Part shown: positions 26,211 to 34,462 of the stretch, piece by piece
How the letters are laid out: each line of letters begins with the position of its first letter
How positions within the stretch are numbered: the first letter of the stretch is position 1
The notes under the pieces: generated by a model
What the model was told of the DNA's origin: nothing
Seen by the model: only the letters and a program-made list of their open reading frames with translations
Databases searched by the model: none
Position numbers and translations under genes: made by a program
Source of the DNA: a virus
Lineage: Duplodnaviria > Heunggongvirae > Uroviricota > Caudoviricetes
Length of the DNA: 43,601 nt
Reading direction: 5' to 3' (one strand)
IMG/VR virus record: IMGVR_UViG_3300045988_013455
Span: 1 to 43,601 of that record

Positions 26211-26502
26211 TCCAGACTTCTCGAAGCGCTACGAGTTTATGATTACCAATATCTCTTGATATTATTGAGTCAGTAAAACCATTGAACCACGATTTCATCC
26301 AGTCAGACGTTCTGAAATCAGCGTACAGAATATGTATCGTTTGCGGAGCGTCGACGTCGTAATGTTGGCACACATAAACGCATCCGCTGGCGAATATAAT
26401 AGCTTTAAACGTATCGTAATCTTCTGAATCCGGGAACTCGCTAGAATCCCCGACAAGATATCTGTACGCGTATTTTTTAGTAGTCTTCTTTCTTTTCCGC
26501 AT
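26194..26502 (-). CDS. Hypothetical protein (102 aa), antisense cassette A
   Basis: Third gene of a leftward cassette inside the late operon. Confidence 0.45.
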   Translation of the reverse strand: MRKRKKTTKKYAYRYLVGDSSEFPDSEDYDTFKAIIFASGCVYVCQHYDVDAPQTIHILYADFRTSDWMKSWFNGFTDSIISRDIGNHKLVALREVWKVKAP

Positions 26503-26511
26503 GGTGATTTC

Positions 26512-26742
26512 TCAGAAGTGTATTACTGGTTGTTTAAACTTCCAGTCACAATCTACCTGTTTAATCACACCTTTCGCAACAAGACTGTCTATAAATTCCG
26601 GACCTGAATTTGTCTTGTACCATGTGTATCTGTTCCCAACTTTTACGCCCGGAAGGCTGTGGTACACAACGCCATCAACCACCATAAAAGATACGCCGAT
26701 AGCCCCTTTTTCTGCATAGAGTTTTTTAGTCCCACCGCTCAT
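26512..26742 (-). CDS. Hypothetical protein (76 aa), antisense cassette A
   Basis: Second gene of the leftward cassette. Confidence 0.45.
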   Translation of the reverse strand: MSGGTKKLYAEKGAIGVSFMVVDGVVYHSLPGVKVGNRYTWYKTNSGPEFIDSLVAKGVIKQVDCDWKFKQPVIHF

Positions 26743-26779
26743 AGTACACCCAGATTAAATAATTATTAATATAAGGCCC

Positions 26780-26965
26780 TTAGGCCTTACGAATTGTATA
26801 TTCATACCCGAGGTAGCCGTTTTTCTCTTGCATAGCGGAGGCACGCAGCAGAGCAGCATTCTCACCTTTAACTACAGCGACCACATAATCCGTAGAGTCT
26901 GGGCCATTTTCCACAACTTCATACGCCTGTAAGTTCTTGGTGGTAAGTTCATATGTGTTAGTCAT
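26780..26965 (-). CDS. Hypothetical protein (61 aa), antisense cassette A
   Basis: First gene after promoter; conserved leader AAACGAGAGATAAGGAA before ATG. Confidence 0.45.
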   Translation of the reverse strand: MTNTYELTTKNLQAYEVVENGPDSTDYVVAVVKGENAALLRASAMQEKNGYLGYEYTIRKA

Positions 26966-26998
26966 TTCTAAATTCCTTATCTCTCGTTTCGATAAGTG

Positions 26999-27027
26999 AA
27001 TAGTACCCTATTATATTGGTGTCTGCA
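26999..27027 (-). promoter_or_regulatory. Sigma70-like promoter (TTGCAG-17-TACTAT) driving antisense cassette A
   Basis: Minus strand TTGCAGacaccaatataatagggTACTATtcac then conserved leader. Confidence 0.55.
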
Positions 27028-27072
27028 AATATTATTTTTATGCGTTACACTGTCAATACTACAGGAGGGCCT

Positions 27073-28116
27073 ATGAGCTTACTTACATCACTAATCAGCC
27101 ACCAGATATGGCTGCAACGCACCGCTTCCGGTGAAGTGAAAGACCTCGCGCCGTTCATTCAGGAGATGCGGGACGAAATCAAACGGCAGGTTCTGCTATT
27201 CGGCGACGACGGTCGTAGCACAGCGCGACTGAATAAACTGTTACGCGACCTCGAAGAAGCACTGGCGGGACTTACTGGTGACTGGCATACAAAGCTGACC
27301 GAAGACCTTAAGGAGCTGGCGGCGTATGAGGCTGAGTGGAATACAAAGACACTGACAGCTAACGTTAACGCGGAATTTGTTACGCCTACCGCTGAACAGG
27401 TGTGGGCCGCTGCGGAGTTTCAACCCTTATCATTGAATGACAAGCCGGTCGATTTCACCAAGCTGATGGATGACTGGGGTGAAACAGAAGTCGCGCGCCT
27501 TGTAACGGGCGTTAAGATGGGATTTGTGCAAGGCCAGACGACACGGCAGATTGTTAAGAATGTTGTTGGTGCTGGGGGCCTTGCGGACATCTCTGAGCGT
27601 AACGCTGCGACGGTAATCCGCACCGCGCTGTCCCACGTATCCAACGAAGCCCGTAACGAAACGTACCGTCAGAACGACGACATCATCAAGAAATACGAAT
27701 GGGTGTCAACGCTGGACAGCCGTACCAGTACGATTTGCAGAGCCAGGGACGGGATGACGTGGGAAATCGGTAAAGGTCCGATGCCCCCAGCCCATCCGAA
27801 TTGCAGAAGCACCACGGCCCCGGTAATCAGTTCGGAGTTCGACTTCCTCAATAAAGGCGCAAAACGCGCGGCTAAGGGCGCGGACGGAGGTACTCAGGTA
27901 AGCGCAGACACCACCTATTACGAGTTCCTTAAACAACAACCGGCGTGGTTTATTGATGAGGCTCTTGGACCTGTTCGCGGTAAGATTTTCCGTAACAGCG
28001 GTATATCGCCGGAAGAGTTTCGCGTAATATCTGTAGATGGTTTCGGGAATCCGCTCACGCTTAAGCAGATGGCGGAACTCGATAAACGTGTTGCTGATTA
28101 TCTGAAAGGGGAATAA
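27073..28116 (+). CDS. Head morphogenesis protein (Mu gpF / SPP1 gp7 family minor capsid protein)
   Basis: WVSTLDSRTSTICRARDG...PMPPAHPNCRSTTAPV matches the Phage_Mu_F signature; ATG at 27073 after AGGAGGG (track ORF from 27016). Confidence 0.75.
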   Translation: MSLLTSLISHQIWLQRTASGEVKDLAPFIQEMRDEIKRQVLLFGDDGRSTARLNKLLRDLEEALAGLTGDWHTKLTEDLKELAAYEAEWNTKTLTANVNAEFVTPTAEQVWAAAEFQPLSLNDKPVDFTKLMDDWGETEVARLVTGVKMGFVQGQTTRQIVKNVVGAGGLADISERNAATVIRTALSHVSNEARNETYRQNDDIIKKYEWVSTLDSRTSTICRARDGMTWEIGKGPMPPAHPNCRSTTAPVISSEFDFLNKGAKRAAKGADGGTQVSADTTYYEFLKQQPAWFIDEALGPVRGKIFRNSGISPEEFRVISVDGFGNPLTLKQMAELDKRVADYLKGE

Positions 28117-28577
28117 TGATGGGCTTTTTCAAAGTAACTGATGTACCGTCGCGTCGCGTAGTCCAGTACGCCCGTGTGTCTGGCTCTGGCGAGAACGTGG
28201 TATTTATTGAAAATGAAAGTGTACTCGGTACACCAGTAGACGATATGCCGTTTGCTGATAAAACCGGTATTGCACTACCGGCGGCGGGTATGCTTTATGA
28301 AATTCCGTATCTGGCTGATGCTGGCGACGTGTATTTCTCTGCGCAACCGAAAGACGCTGAACTGGCAGACGGCAGCGCGACCATCACTGTCGAGGTTAAG
28401 GCTGGCAAAGCACCATATGCGTTGACCTGGTACAAAGACGGTAAGGAAGTAGTAAACGCCCCGGAAGAGGCCTTGTCTCTGACGGTTAACGCAGTCGGTG
28501 AATACTTCGTTAAGGTTACTGATGCTGATGGGGTAGAGGCCGTGAGTAAAGCGGCGAAGGTAGTTAAGCCAGAATGA
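28116..28577 (+). CDS. Ig-like domain protein (possible virion decoration/accessory protein)
   Basis: C-terminal TITVEVKAGKAPYALTWYKDGKEV...GEYFVKVTDADG resembles an Ig-like (Big/I-set) domain. Confidence 0.45.
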   Translation: MMGFFKVTDVPSRRVVQYARVSGSGENVVFIENESVLGTPVDDMPFADKTGIALPAAGMLYEIPYLADAGDVYFSAQPKDAELADGSATITVEVKAGKAPYALTWYKDGKEVVNAPEEALSLTVNAVGEYFVKVTDADGVEAVSKAAKVVKPE

Positions 28578-28610
28578 TAAAAGGCCCCGTTATGGGGCCT
28601 TAGTTTTATT
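28578..28610. terminator. Bidirectional rho-independent terminator
   Basis: AGGCCCC-gttat-GGGGCCT followed by TAGTTTTATT; A-rich on the other side. Confidence 0.7.
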
Positions 28611-28818
28611 CATGTGTCGCTGCTCTAAAATTAAGTTCTTCACGAGGGATAAACCCCCTATCAGTTTTTACATAACAAGTTGTGTAACTATACATTACCT
28701 CTCTGCCCGTGATATCTCCGTAGTTCTCACACCCGTGTTCATCTAAGCTACGTACACCGGCAGCAATTACCAGTGAAAATGCCAATGTCATCAATACCGA
28801 GATAATTAATTCTTTCAT
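28606..28818 (-). CDS. Small secreted/periplasmic protein (70 aa), antisense cassette B
   Basis: N-terminal signal-like MKELIISVLMTLAFSLVIAAG, two Cys in the mature part; own promoter and terminator. Confidence 0.5.
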   Translation of the reverse strand: MKELIISVLMTLAFSLVIAAGVRSLDEHGCENYGDITGREVMYSYTTCYVKTDRGFIPREELNFRAATHE

Positions 28819-28853
28819 CTTTAAGTTCCTTATCTCTCGTTTCGATGCAATGA

Positions 28854-28882
28854 ATAGTACCCTATTATATTGGTGCCTGCAA
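28854..28882 (-). promoter_or_regulatory. Sigma70-like promoter (TTGCAG-17-TACTAT) driving antisense cassette B
   Basis: Minus strand TTGCAGgcaccaatataatagggTACTATtcat then AAACGAGAGATAAGGAA. Confidence 0.55.
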
Positions 28883-28933
28883 ACTATTTAGCTATGTATT
28901 CCAGTTATTCCCTCAATTGTAAATGTTGGAATA

Positions 28934-28949
28934 AACTATTCGAATAGTT
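28934..28949. repeat. Perfect 16-bp palindrome AACTATTCGAATAGTT overlapping the -35 of the rightward promoter
   Basis: Self-complementary; half-site ACTATTC recurs in most phage promoters of this genome. Confidence 0.7.
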
Positions 28950-28976
28950 GACTTTTCACTAAAAATGTGCTAAGCT
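28948..28976 (+). promoter_or_regulatory. Sigma70-like promoter (TTGACT-17-TAAGCT, TG-extended)
   Basis: TTGACTtttcactaaaaatgTGcTAAGCT; transcribes an ORF-poor 200-nt segment ending at a hairpin. Confidence 0.5.
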
Positions 28977-28982
28977 CCACCT

Positions 28983-29180
28983 GAGCTTGTGAAGTATGAA
29001 CAAGCGACCGCGGCGCGGGCAGGTAACGGAGCTGGACGTAAGTCCTGAGTGTAGTTACGCTGACGCGTTCGGAAGGGCCATACTCTATTGCTTGTGTAAA
29101 AAGTAACTGGTTTACTGAGATTATGCCGTTTCTATGTTTAAATGATAAGGACTAGCGCCCCGCTTTAAGGCGGGGCTTTA
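28983..29180 (+). ncRNA. Candidate small RNA / structured leader (promoter-to-terminator unit without substantial ORF)
   Basis: About 200 nt between promoter and GCCCCGC-tttaag-GCGGGGC hairpin; only a 36-codon ORF with poor RBS. Confidence 0.25.
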
Positions 29181-29200
29181 CTTATCGAGAAAGGAGAAAC

Positions 29201-29587
29201 ATGAATCTTAAAGCAACTGTCGTAGCAGGAGCATGTTTCACCATCCTGGTCTACGCACACGGCATCTATCAGTACCGCAGCGGCTGGAACGAAGGCCGGG
29301 TGAATCTCGTTTCACAGCAACAGCAGAAAGCACAGGCTGAGTTAGCGAAGAAAACACAACGGCAGCAGCAGGATGAATCGAAGGCCGCAGCAGCCGACAA
29401 CGAAGGCAAGACGAAATCAGAGGTGATTACCCGTGAAGTCGTTAAGTACATTAGAACGCCTGGCCGCAGCGTGTGCACTTTTGACCCTGAGCGCGTGCAG
29501 CTCAAGTCCCGCGCCGTCGCCAACGCCAATTCCATACCCGGATACGACGATGATGCAGCCGCCGTGCAAACTGGCCGCACCAAGTAG
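29201..29587 (+). CDS. Rz-like inner-membrane spanin (i-spanin)
   Basis: N-terminal TMD ATVVAGACFTILVYA, Gln/Lys-rich coiled-coil region; RBS AAGGAGAAA. Confidence 0.6.
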   Translation: MNLKATVVAGACFTILVYAHGIYQYRSGWNEGRVNLVSQQQQKAQAELAKKTQRQQQDESKAAAADNEGKTKSEVITREVVKYIRTPGRSVCTFDPERVQLKSRAVANANSIPGYDDDAAAVQTGRTK

Positions 29588-29696
29588 CGACGCGGACGAG
29601 GATTTAGCTATTGACGTTCAGAACGCCGAATGCGTGCGGCAACTGCGTCTGAAAGTGTTTATGTTGCAGGACTACGTGAGGAATATTCTGGAATAG
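29433..29696 (+). CDS. Rz1-like outer-membrane lipoprotein spanin (o-spanin), embedded in +1 frame of Rz
   Basis: Lipobox LTLSAC followed by Pro-rich SSSPAPSPTPIPYP; starts inside Rz and extends past it. Confidence 0.6.
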   Translation: MKSLSTLERLAAACALLTLSACSSSPAPSPTPIPYPDTTMMQPPCKLAAPSSDADEDLAIDVQNAECVRQLRLKVFMLQDYVRNILE

Positions 29697-29778
29697 TTGC
29701 CTTGCATGTTGGAATAATTTATTCTTGACATGTAAATCCGGGTGGCCCGGATTCCAACGTCCAGGGGACATACTGACT

Positions 29779-30480
29779 ATGAATCGTTTTTTACGTTATC
29801 CGTTCCAGGAAGAAGCTGGAGCAGAAGATAAAGCCGGTGGCGGTGACGTGCCGAAAATGTTCACAGCCGAAGAAGTTCAGGCGCTGATTGAGAAAGAAGT
29901 TGCCGGGCTTAAGGCCAATCAGGAAGCATTGCTGGCGGAGAAGAAAGAAGCCGCTCGCAAAGCAAAAGAGGCTGAAGAAGAACGGCAGCGCGCACACCAG
30001 GAGGCGTTAAAAGCCGCTGGTAAGATGGACGAGTTTGAAAAGACGATTCGTAGCCAGTATGACCCGGTGTTAGCCGAGAAAGATGGTCGCATCTCCAAAA
30101 TGGCAGAGCGCATCCTCGGCAGCGAACGTAAAGCGGTGTTAGGCTCTTTCGCAGGTGATTTCATCACCCCGGAAGCGGTAGACATTCTTGCACCGTTCGT
30201 TAAGACTGAGTTCGAAGGCGATGATGTGGTTACTAAGTTTGTTGGTGCAGACGGCAATGTAATCACGACTGACCCGGAACAGTTCCGCAAATACCTGCGT
30301 GAACACAAAGCTTTTTCGCATTTGATTAAAGCAAATGCAGCTTCCGGCGGCGGGGCTTCCGGTAGCAAAGGCGGCGGGGCCGCACCAGCGTTTAAAGACA
30401 TGAGTGAAGCAGAGCGTTTAGCCCTGTATAAATCGAACCCTGCCGAATTTGAACGGCAACTTAAAGCCCTGAGGAAATAA
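29779..30480 (+). CDS. Putative scaffolding protein
   Basis: Helical, charged EKEVAGLKANQEALLAEKKEAARKAKEAEEERQRAHQ; immediately upstream of major capsid gene (track ORF from 29725). Confidence 0.55.
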   Translation: MNRFLRYPFQEEAGAEDKAGGGDVPKMFTAEEVQALIEKEVAGLKANQEALLAEKKEAARKAKEAEEERQRAHQEALKAAGKMDEFEKTIRSQYDPVLAEKDGRISKMAERILGSERKAVLGSFAGDFITPEAVDILAPFVKTEFEGDDVVTKFVGADGNVITTDPEQFRKYLREHKAFSHLIKANAASGGGASGSKGGGAAPAFKDMSEAERLALYKSNPAEFERQLKALRK

Positions 30481-30482
30481 TA

Positions 30483-31532
30483 ATGGCAATTACCACTATC
30501 GGCGATATCGTAACTGGCAACATCCCGGTCCTGGCGTCTTATATGACCGAGGACCCGGTAGAAAAAACCGCATTCTTCCAGTCTGGTATTCTGACCCCGA
30601 CCCCATACGCTGCCGAGATTGCCCGCGGCCCGTCCAACGTCGCTAATATTCCTTTCTGGAAAGCGATTGACACTTCCATCGAGCCGAACTACTCGAACGA
30701 CGTATACCAGGACATCGCTACCCCGCGTAACGTGCAGACCGGTGAGATGATGGCGCGCGTTGCGTACCTGAACGAAGGTTTTGGCCAGGCGGACCTGACT
30801 GTCGAACTGACCAGCCAGAACCCGCTGCAATCAGTAGCGTCCCGTCTGGATAACTTCTGGCAGCGCCAGGCACAACGCCGTCTGATCGCTACCGCGCTCG
30901 GTCTGTACAACGACAACGTAGCCGCTACCGACGCATACCACGAGCAGAATGACATGGTAATCGACGTGTCTGCTACTCTTGGCTTCGATGCGGGCGCGTT
31001 CATCGACGCTACCCAGACTATGGGTGATGCGCTGATGGGCAACGGCGGTGAAGTGCTGGGCGCTATCGCGATGCACAGCTTCGTTTATGCACAGGCCCGT
31101 AAGCAGCAGCTTATTGATTTCATCAAAGACGCTGACAACGACACCTTGTTCGCTACCTACCAGGGCTACCGCGTGATTGTTGACGACAGCATGACCGTAG
31201 TCGGTACTGGCCCTAGCCGTAAGTTCATCTCCATCATCTTCGGCAACGGCGCTATCGGTTACGGCGAAGGTTCTCCGTCCAACCCGCTGGAATACGAGCG
31301 CGAAGCGTCCCGCGGCAATGGCGGCGGCGTTGAAACCCTGTGGACCCGTAAGACCTGGTTGCTGCACCCACTGGGTTACAGCTTCACCAGCGCGGTAATC
31401 ACCGGCAACGGCACCGAGACTATCGCCCGCTCTGCTTCATGGCAGGACCTGGCGAATGCCTCCAACTGGAACCGTGTGGTTGAACGTAAGCATGTGCCGA
31501 TTGCCTTCCTGGTAACTGGTGTCGGTGCTTAA
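30483..31532 (+). CDS. Major capsid protein
   Basis: 349-aa ORF after scaffold, followed by a strong terminator; position and size typical. Confidence 0.7.
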   Translation: MAITTIGDIVTGNIPVLASYMTEDPVEKTAFFQSGILTPTPYAAEIARGPSNVANIPFWKAIDTSIEPNYSNDVYQDIATPRNVQTGEMMARVAYLNEGFGQADLTVELTSQNPLQSVASRLDNFWQRQAQRRLIATALGLYNDNVAATDAYHEQNDMVIDVSATLGFDAGAFIDATQTMGDALMGNGGEVLGAIAMHSFVYAQARKQQLIDFIKDADNDTLFATYQGYRVIVDDSMTVVGTGPSRKFISIIFGNGAIGYGEGSPSNPLEYEREASRGNGGGVETLWTRKTWLLHPLGYSFTSAVITGNGTETIARSASWQDLANASNWNRVVERKHVPIAFLVTGVGA

Positions 31533-31547
31533 GGTTAAGATATAATC

Positions 31548-31578
31548 GAGAGGGACTTCGGTCCCTCTTTTCATTTAC
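31548..31578 (+). terminator. Rho-independent terminator after major capsid gene
   Basis: GAGAGGGAC-ttcg-GTCCCTCTT followed by TTCATTT. Confidence 0.7.
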
Positions 31579-31591
31579 TAAGAGGTAAATC

Positions 31592-31891
31592 ATGGCCAAG
31601 ACCGGAAAAGGCTTGCCGCGCAGCCTTCAGAATGTCGATTTCGGCGACTTTGATATCCCAGTGACGCCTGCTACTACCAGCGTAGTTGGTGGGGTTAAAA
31701 AGTCAGCTACTGTGGCCGCACCTGCGGCCATTACCGCCGCCGCCGGGGTGCAGTCTGCTGCGGATCCGACTAAAGCCGAGTTCGATGCGCTTGTAGCGGA
31801 GTACAACAAACTCCGAACCGATGTTACCGCGCTGCGCACTACCGTAGCAAATCTGTTGACCGCGCTTAAAAACGCAGGAACTGTAAGCTAA
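31592..31891 (+). CDS. Hypothetical structural protein (99 aa)
   Basis: RBS AAGAGG; Ala/Thr-rich. Confidence 0.4.
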   Translation: MAKTGKGLPRSLQNVDFGDFDIPVTPATTSVVGGVKKSATVAAPAAITAAAGVQSAADPTKAEFDALVAEYNKLRTDVTALRTTVANLLTALKNAGTVS

Positions 31892-31903
31892 AGGAGCTTA
31901 AAA

Positions 31904-32257
31904 ATGGTTGATGTAATCAAACGTCGCATTACTGGTGTTTCTGATGATTCTCCTGCCGATGGTCAGGTTGAAATCGATATGGAAAATATCTCGCCAGCAT
32001 CTTTTTCTACCGCGCTCGCGGCTACTACCGCTGTTACCGCACCAGCGGCATTGACTCTTACCGTCGTGGCAACCGGCGGCCTGGCTCCTTATTCCTATCA
32101 GTGGTTCAAGGATAACAACGCCATCGCGGGCGCTACTGCGGCTACGTACACCAAATCAACCACCGTCGCGTCTACCGACTCCGGTACGTATAAAGTGGTT
32201 GTTCAGGACGTATATGGTAATATTATCTCCAGTAGCTCCGCAGTAACTGTGTCTTAA
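31904..32257 (+). CDS. Ig-like domain protein (possible head decoration)
   Basis: LAPYSYQWFKDNNAIAGATAATYT...GTYKVVVQD resembles an I-set Ig-like domain; similar to the C-terminus of 28116..28577. Confidence 0.45.
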   Translation: MVDVIKRRITGVSDDSPADGQVEIDMENISPASFSTALAATTAVTAPAALTLTVVATGGLAPYSYQWFKDNNAIAGATAATYTKSTTVASTDSGTYKVVVQDVYGNIISSSSAVTVS

Positions 32258-32293
32258 TACAACGGCCCCTCGGGGCCGTAATAAGGAAAGGTC

Positions 32294-32473
32294 ATGGCAG
32301 ATAATTATGTAATCCGTGAAAAGTACACTCACGTTGATGTTGTTGATGGTCAGGTGATGCCCGTTCGCGGTGTCGTAGAAGCGGATGAACTGGTTGCAAC
32401 CCAACCGGACAACGAAGAAGCGCACAACAACGGCGGTGGTACTAAGCGTCGTCGCCGTAAGTCAGAGGAATAA
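32294..32473 (+). CDS. Small hypothetical protein (59 aa; not in ORF track)
   Basis: RBS AAGGAAAGG; my own translation MADNYVIREKYTHVDVVDGQVMPVRG...KRRRRKSEE. Confidence 0.3.
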   Translation: MADNYVIREKYTHVDVVDGQVMPVRGVVEADELVATQPDNEEAHNNGGGTKRRRRKSEE

Positions 32474-32476
32474 TTT

Positions 32477-32989
32477 ATGCCGCTAATCGTGGAAGATGGG
32501 TCGATAGTACCTGGTGCTGACAGTTACGTTAGTCTGGCTGACGCCCGCGCGTTAGCGGCTAATTATGGTCGGGAGTTACCGGAAGATGACACAGCGGCGG
32601 AAGTAGCCTTGCGCAACGGCGCTACTTATGTTGGGCTTGCAGAATCGCAGATGTGCGGACGCCGCGTATCCGCCGAACAATCTCTTGCATACCCGCGCAC
32701 GGGGGTAACGTTGAATGGCTTCCCTGTAGCTAACAATGCCATTCCGAAGCAGGTGGTTCTTGCGCAGGTAATCGCAGCCGCTACATATGGCGCGGGTACT
32801 GAGGTTCGTGCTAACTCTGATGGGCGCTCCGTACAGACTGAGCGTGTAGAGGGCGCAGTGACAGTGACCTACTTCAACAACGGCAACAGTGGGGCTACAA
32901 CCTCGATTACCGCCGCGGACGATGCCTTACGCCCGTTACTGTGTGGCGGTCTTAATAATGGTTTCTCGTTTAACGTGTACCGGGGGTAA
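32477..32989 (+). CDS. Putative head-tail connector/adaptor protein
   Basis: Position between head and tail genes; N-terminal PGADSYVSLADARAL resembles gp6-like connectors. Confidence 0.4.
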   Translation: MPLIVEDGSIVPGADSYVSLADARALAANYGRELPEDDTAAEVALRNGATYVGLAESQMCGRRVSAEQSLAYPRTGVTLNGFPVANNAIPKQVVLAQVIAAATYGAGTEVRANSDGRSVQTERVEGAVTVTYFNNGNSGATTSITAADDALRPLLCGGLNNGFSFNVYRG

Positions 32990-32991
32990 AA

Positions 32992-33606
32992 ATGGCGAAG
33001 ACTAAATCAGAGATGTTTACCCTTATTGGCGCGAACCTCCCAGATAACACCACCGGACTTATTACCCCCGCCGCATTGCGCGAGGTGATGACGCAGATGG
33101 CTGACTCGCCTATCTACGCCACTCCTGGTGTTAAAGAGGTTGAAGTCCTCCGTGCCGCGTCTACCGTAACACAAACGCCTTTCGCAGTAGATACGGCGTT
33201 GCAGTTAACTTTCGGCTCCGCTCAGGGTAGCGCGTCTGACCCTGTAATGATTAATGCCCAAGGGCTTGTTACGTTCAACACCGCGGGTAACTACGCCGTT
33301 CGCATCAAGTTACAGGCGGGGCGCACTGGCGCGAGCGGGACGTCTATTTTGTTATCACGCATTCTGGTAAACGGTGCTCAGTACGGTTCGCCCGCCGCCA
33401 CGAAACTGGTTAGCGCCTACGTAACGATTCCGATTGAGTCTCGCGTTGTTATTAACCCCAACGCAGGCCAGACGTTTGCCGTTCAGATTATGCGAGATAG
33501 CGCAGGAAGCAACTTTGGTGGCGTATACCCGCAAGCGGCTACTGTAACTGCATGGGGAACGGCACCATCCGCACTACTGGTTATTTCGAGACTGGAGGCT
33601 GCCTGA
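32992..33606 (+). CDS. Hypothetical structural protein (204 aa)
   Basis: ORF in head-tail joining region. Confidence 0.4.
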   Translation: MAKTKSEMFTLIGANLPDNTTGLITPAALREVMTQMADSPIYATPGVKEVEVLRAASTVTQTPFAVDTALQLTFGSAQGSASDPVMINAQGLVTFNTAGNYAVRIKLQAGRTGASGTSILLSRILVNGAQYGSPAATKLVSAYVTIPIESRVVINPNAGQTFAVQIMRDSAGSNFGGVYPQAATVTAWGTAPSALLVISRLEAA

Positions 33607-33965
33607 TGAGCACCGCTTTCAGTAAACGTATGCAAGGCGTGGGTACACGCCTGCTAACCAAATTCGGTAGCACGGTATCTCTGATTCGCGCTGGCTCGAA
33701 AGTGTGGGACGAAGTCCTCGGCGAGTACGTATGGTCCGCGGATGAAGTGTTGCCGTTGAAGGCTGTTCCGGTTCCGGTAAACGCGGGACTGGTAAACGGT
33801 ACGTCGATTCAGGCCGGTGACGTGATTGTTAAAGCCGATTGCAGTGTCGTTCCGAAGATGGAAGACAAGGTGCAATTCGACGGTGGGCAATGGTCTGTCG
33901 TAGCCATCGAGAAGAAGATGGTTAATAGTGATGTCGTAGCCTACTTTATTCAGGTGAGAAAATGA
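33606..33965 (+). CDS. Hypothetical head-tail joining protein (119 aa from ATG; track ORF from 33552)
   Basis: ATGA overlap with upstream stop. Confidence 0.4.
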   Translation: MSTAFSKRMQGVGTRLLTKFGSTVSLIRAGSKVWDEVLGEYVWSADEVLPLKAVPVPVNAGLVNGTSIQAGDVIVKADCSVVPKMEDKVQFDGGQWSVVAIEKKMVNSDVVAYFIQVRK

Positions 33966-34462
33966 GTTTCGCGCTCGATGTATCTAAGTTCGTGGAAAAG
34001 GCGAAGAAGAACCCTGAGAAGGTGATGCGTCAGGTGTCTATCAAGCTGTTTTCCGCTATTATAAAGGCGAGTCCGGTAGATACTGGTCGGTTTCGTATGA
34101 ACTGGATGGCATCTGGCGGTACTCCTGCTTCCGGTACAAGTCGAGGTACTGACCCTAGCGGGGCTAACGCAATAAGTGCCATGGTTTCTACCGTGTCTGG
34201 TTTACCTGACTGGAGCGAGTTCACCATGACAAATAATCTGCCGTATGCGGAAGTTATAGAGTTCGGGGGTTACGCTACCGGCTTCCATGGCCCTAAGCGC
34301 CCTTCTAACTTAGGCTCTAAATTTGTCGGCCCATTGAGGCCGAAAGCGCCAAGCAGAACAACAACAGACGGGTATTCCCTTCAGGCTCCGCAAGGTGTTG
34401 TCCGGGTTAACGTTCAGCGATTCAATAAACTGCTCGAAGAAGAAGCGAGGAAGTATAAATAA
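33962..34462 (+). CDS. HK97 gp10-like tail component
   Basis: KASPVDTGRFRMNWMA resembles the SP-DTG-R-W motif of the HK97 gp10 family. Confidence 0.5.
   Translation: MSFALDVSKFVEKAKKNPEKVMRQVSIKLFSAIIKASPVDTGRFRMNWMASGGTPASGTSRGTDPSGANAISAMVSTVSGLPDWSEFTMTNNLPYAEVIEFGGYATGFHGPKRPSNLGSKFVGPLRPKAPSRTTTDGYSLQAPQGVVRVNVQRFNKLLEEEARKYK

Noticed and set aside
28996-29106. 36-codon ORF (MNKRPRRGQVTELDVSPECSYADAFGRAILYCLCKK) inside the candidate sRNA
   Set aside because: No convincing Shine-Dalgarno sequence; kept only as an alternative explanation in the sRNA finding rather than as a gene.
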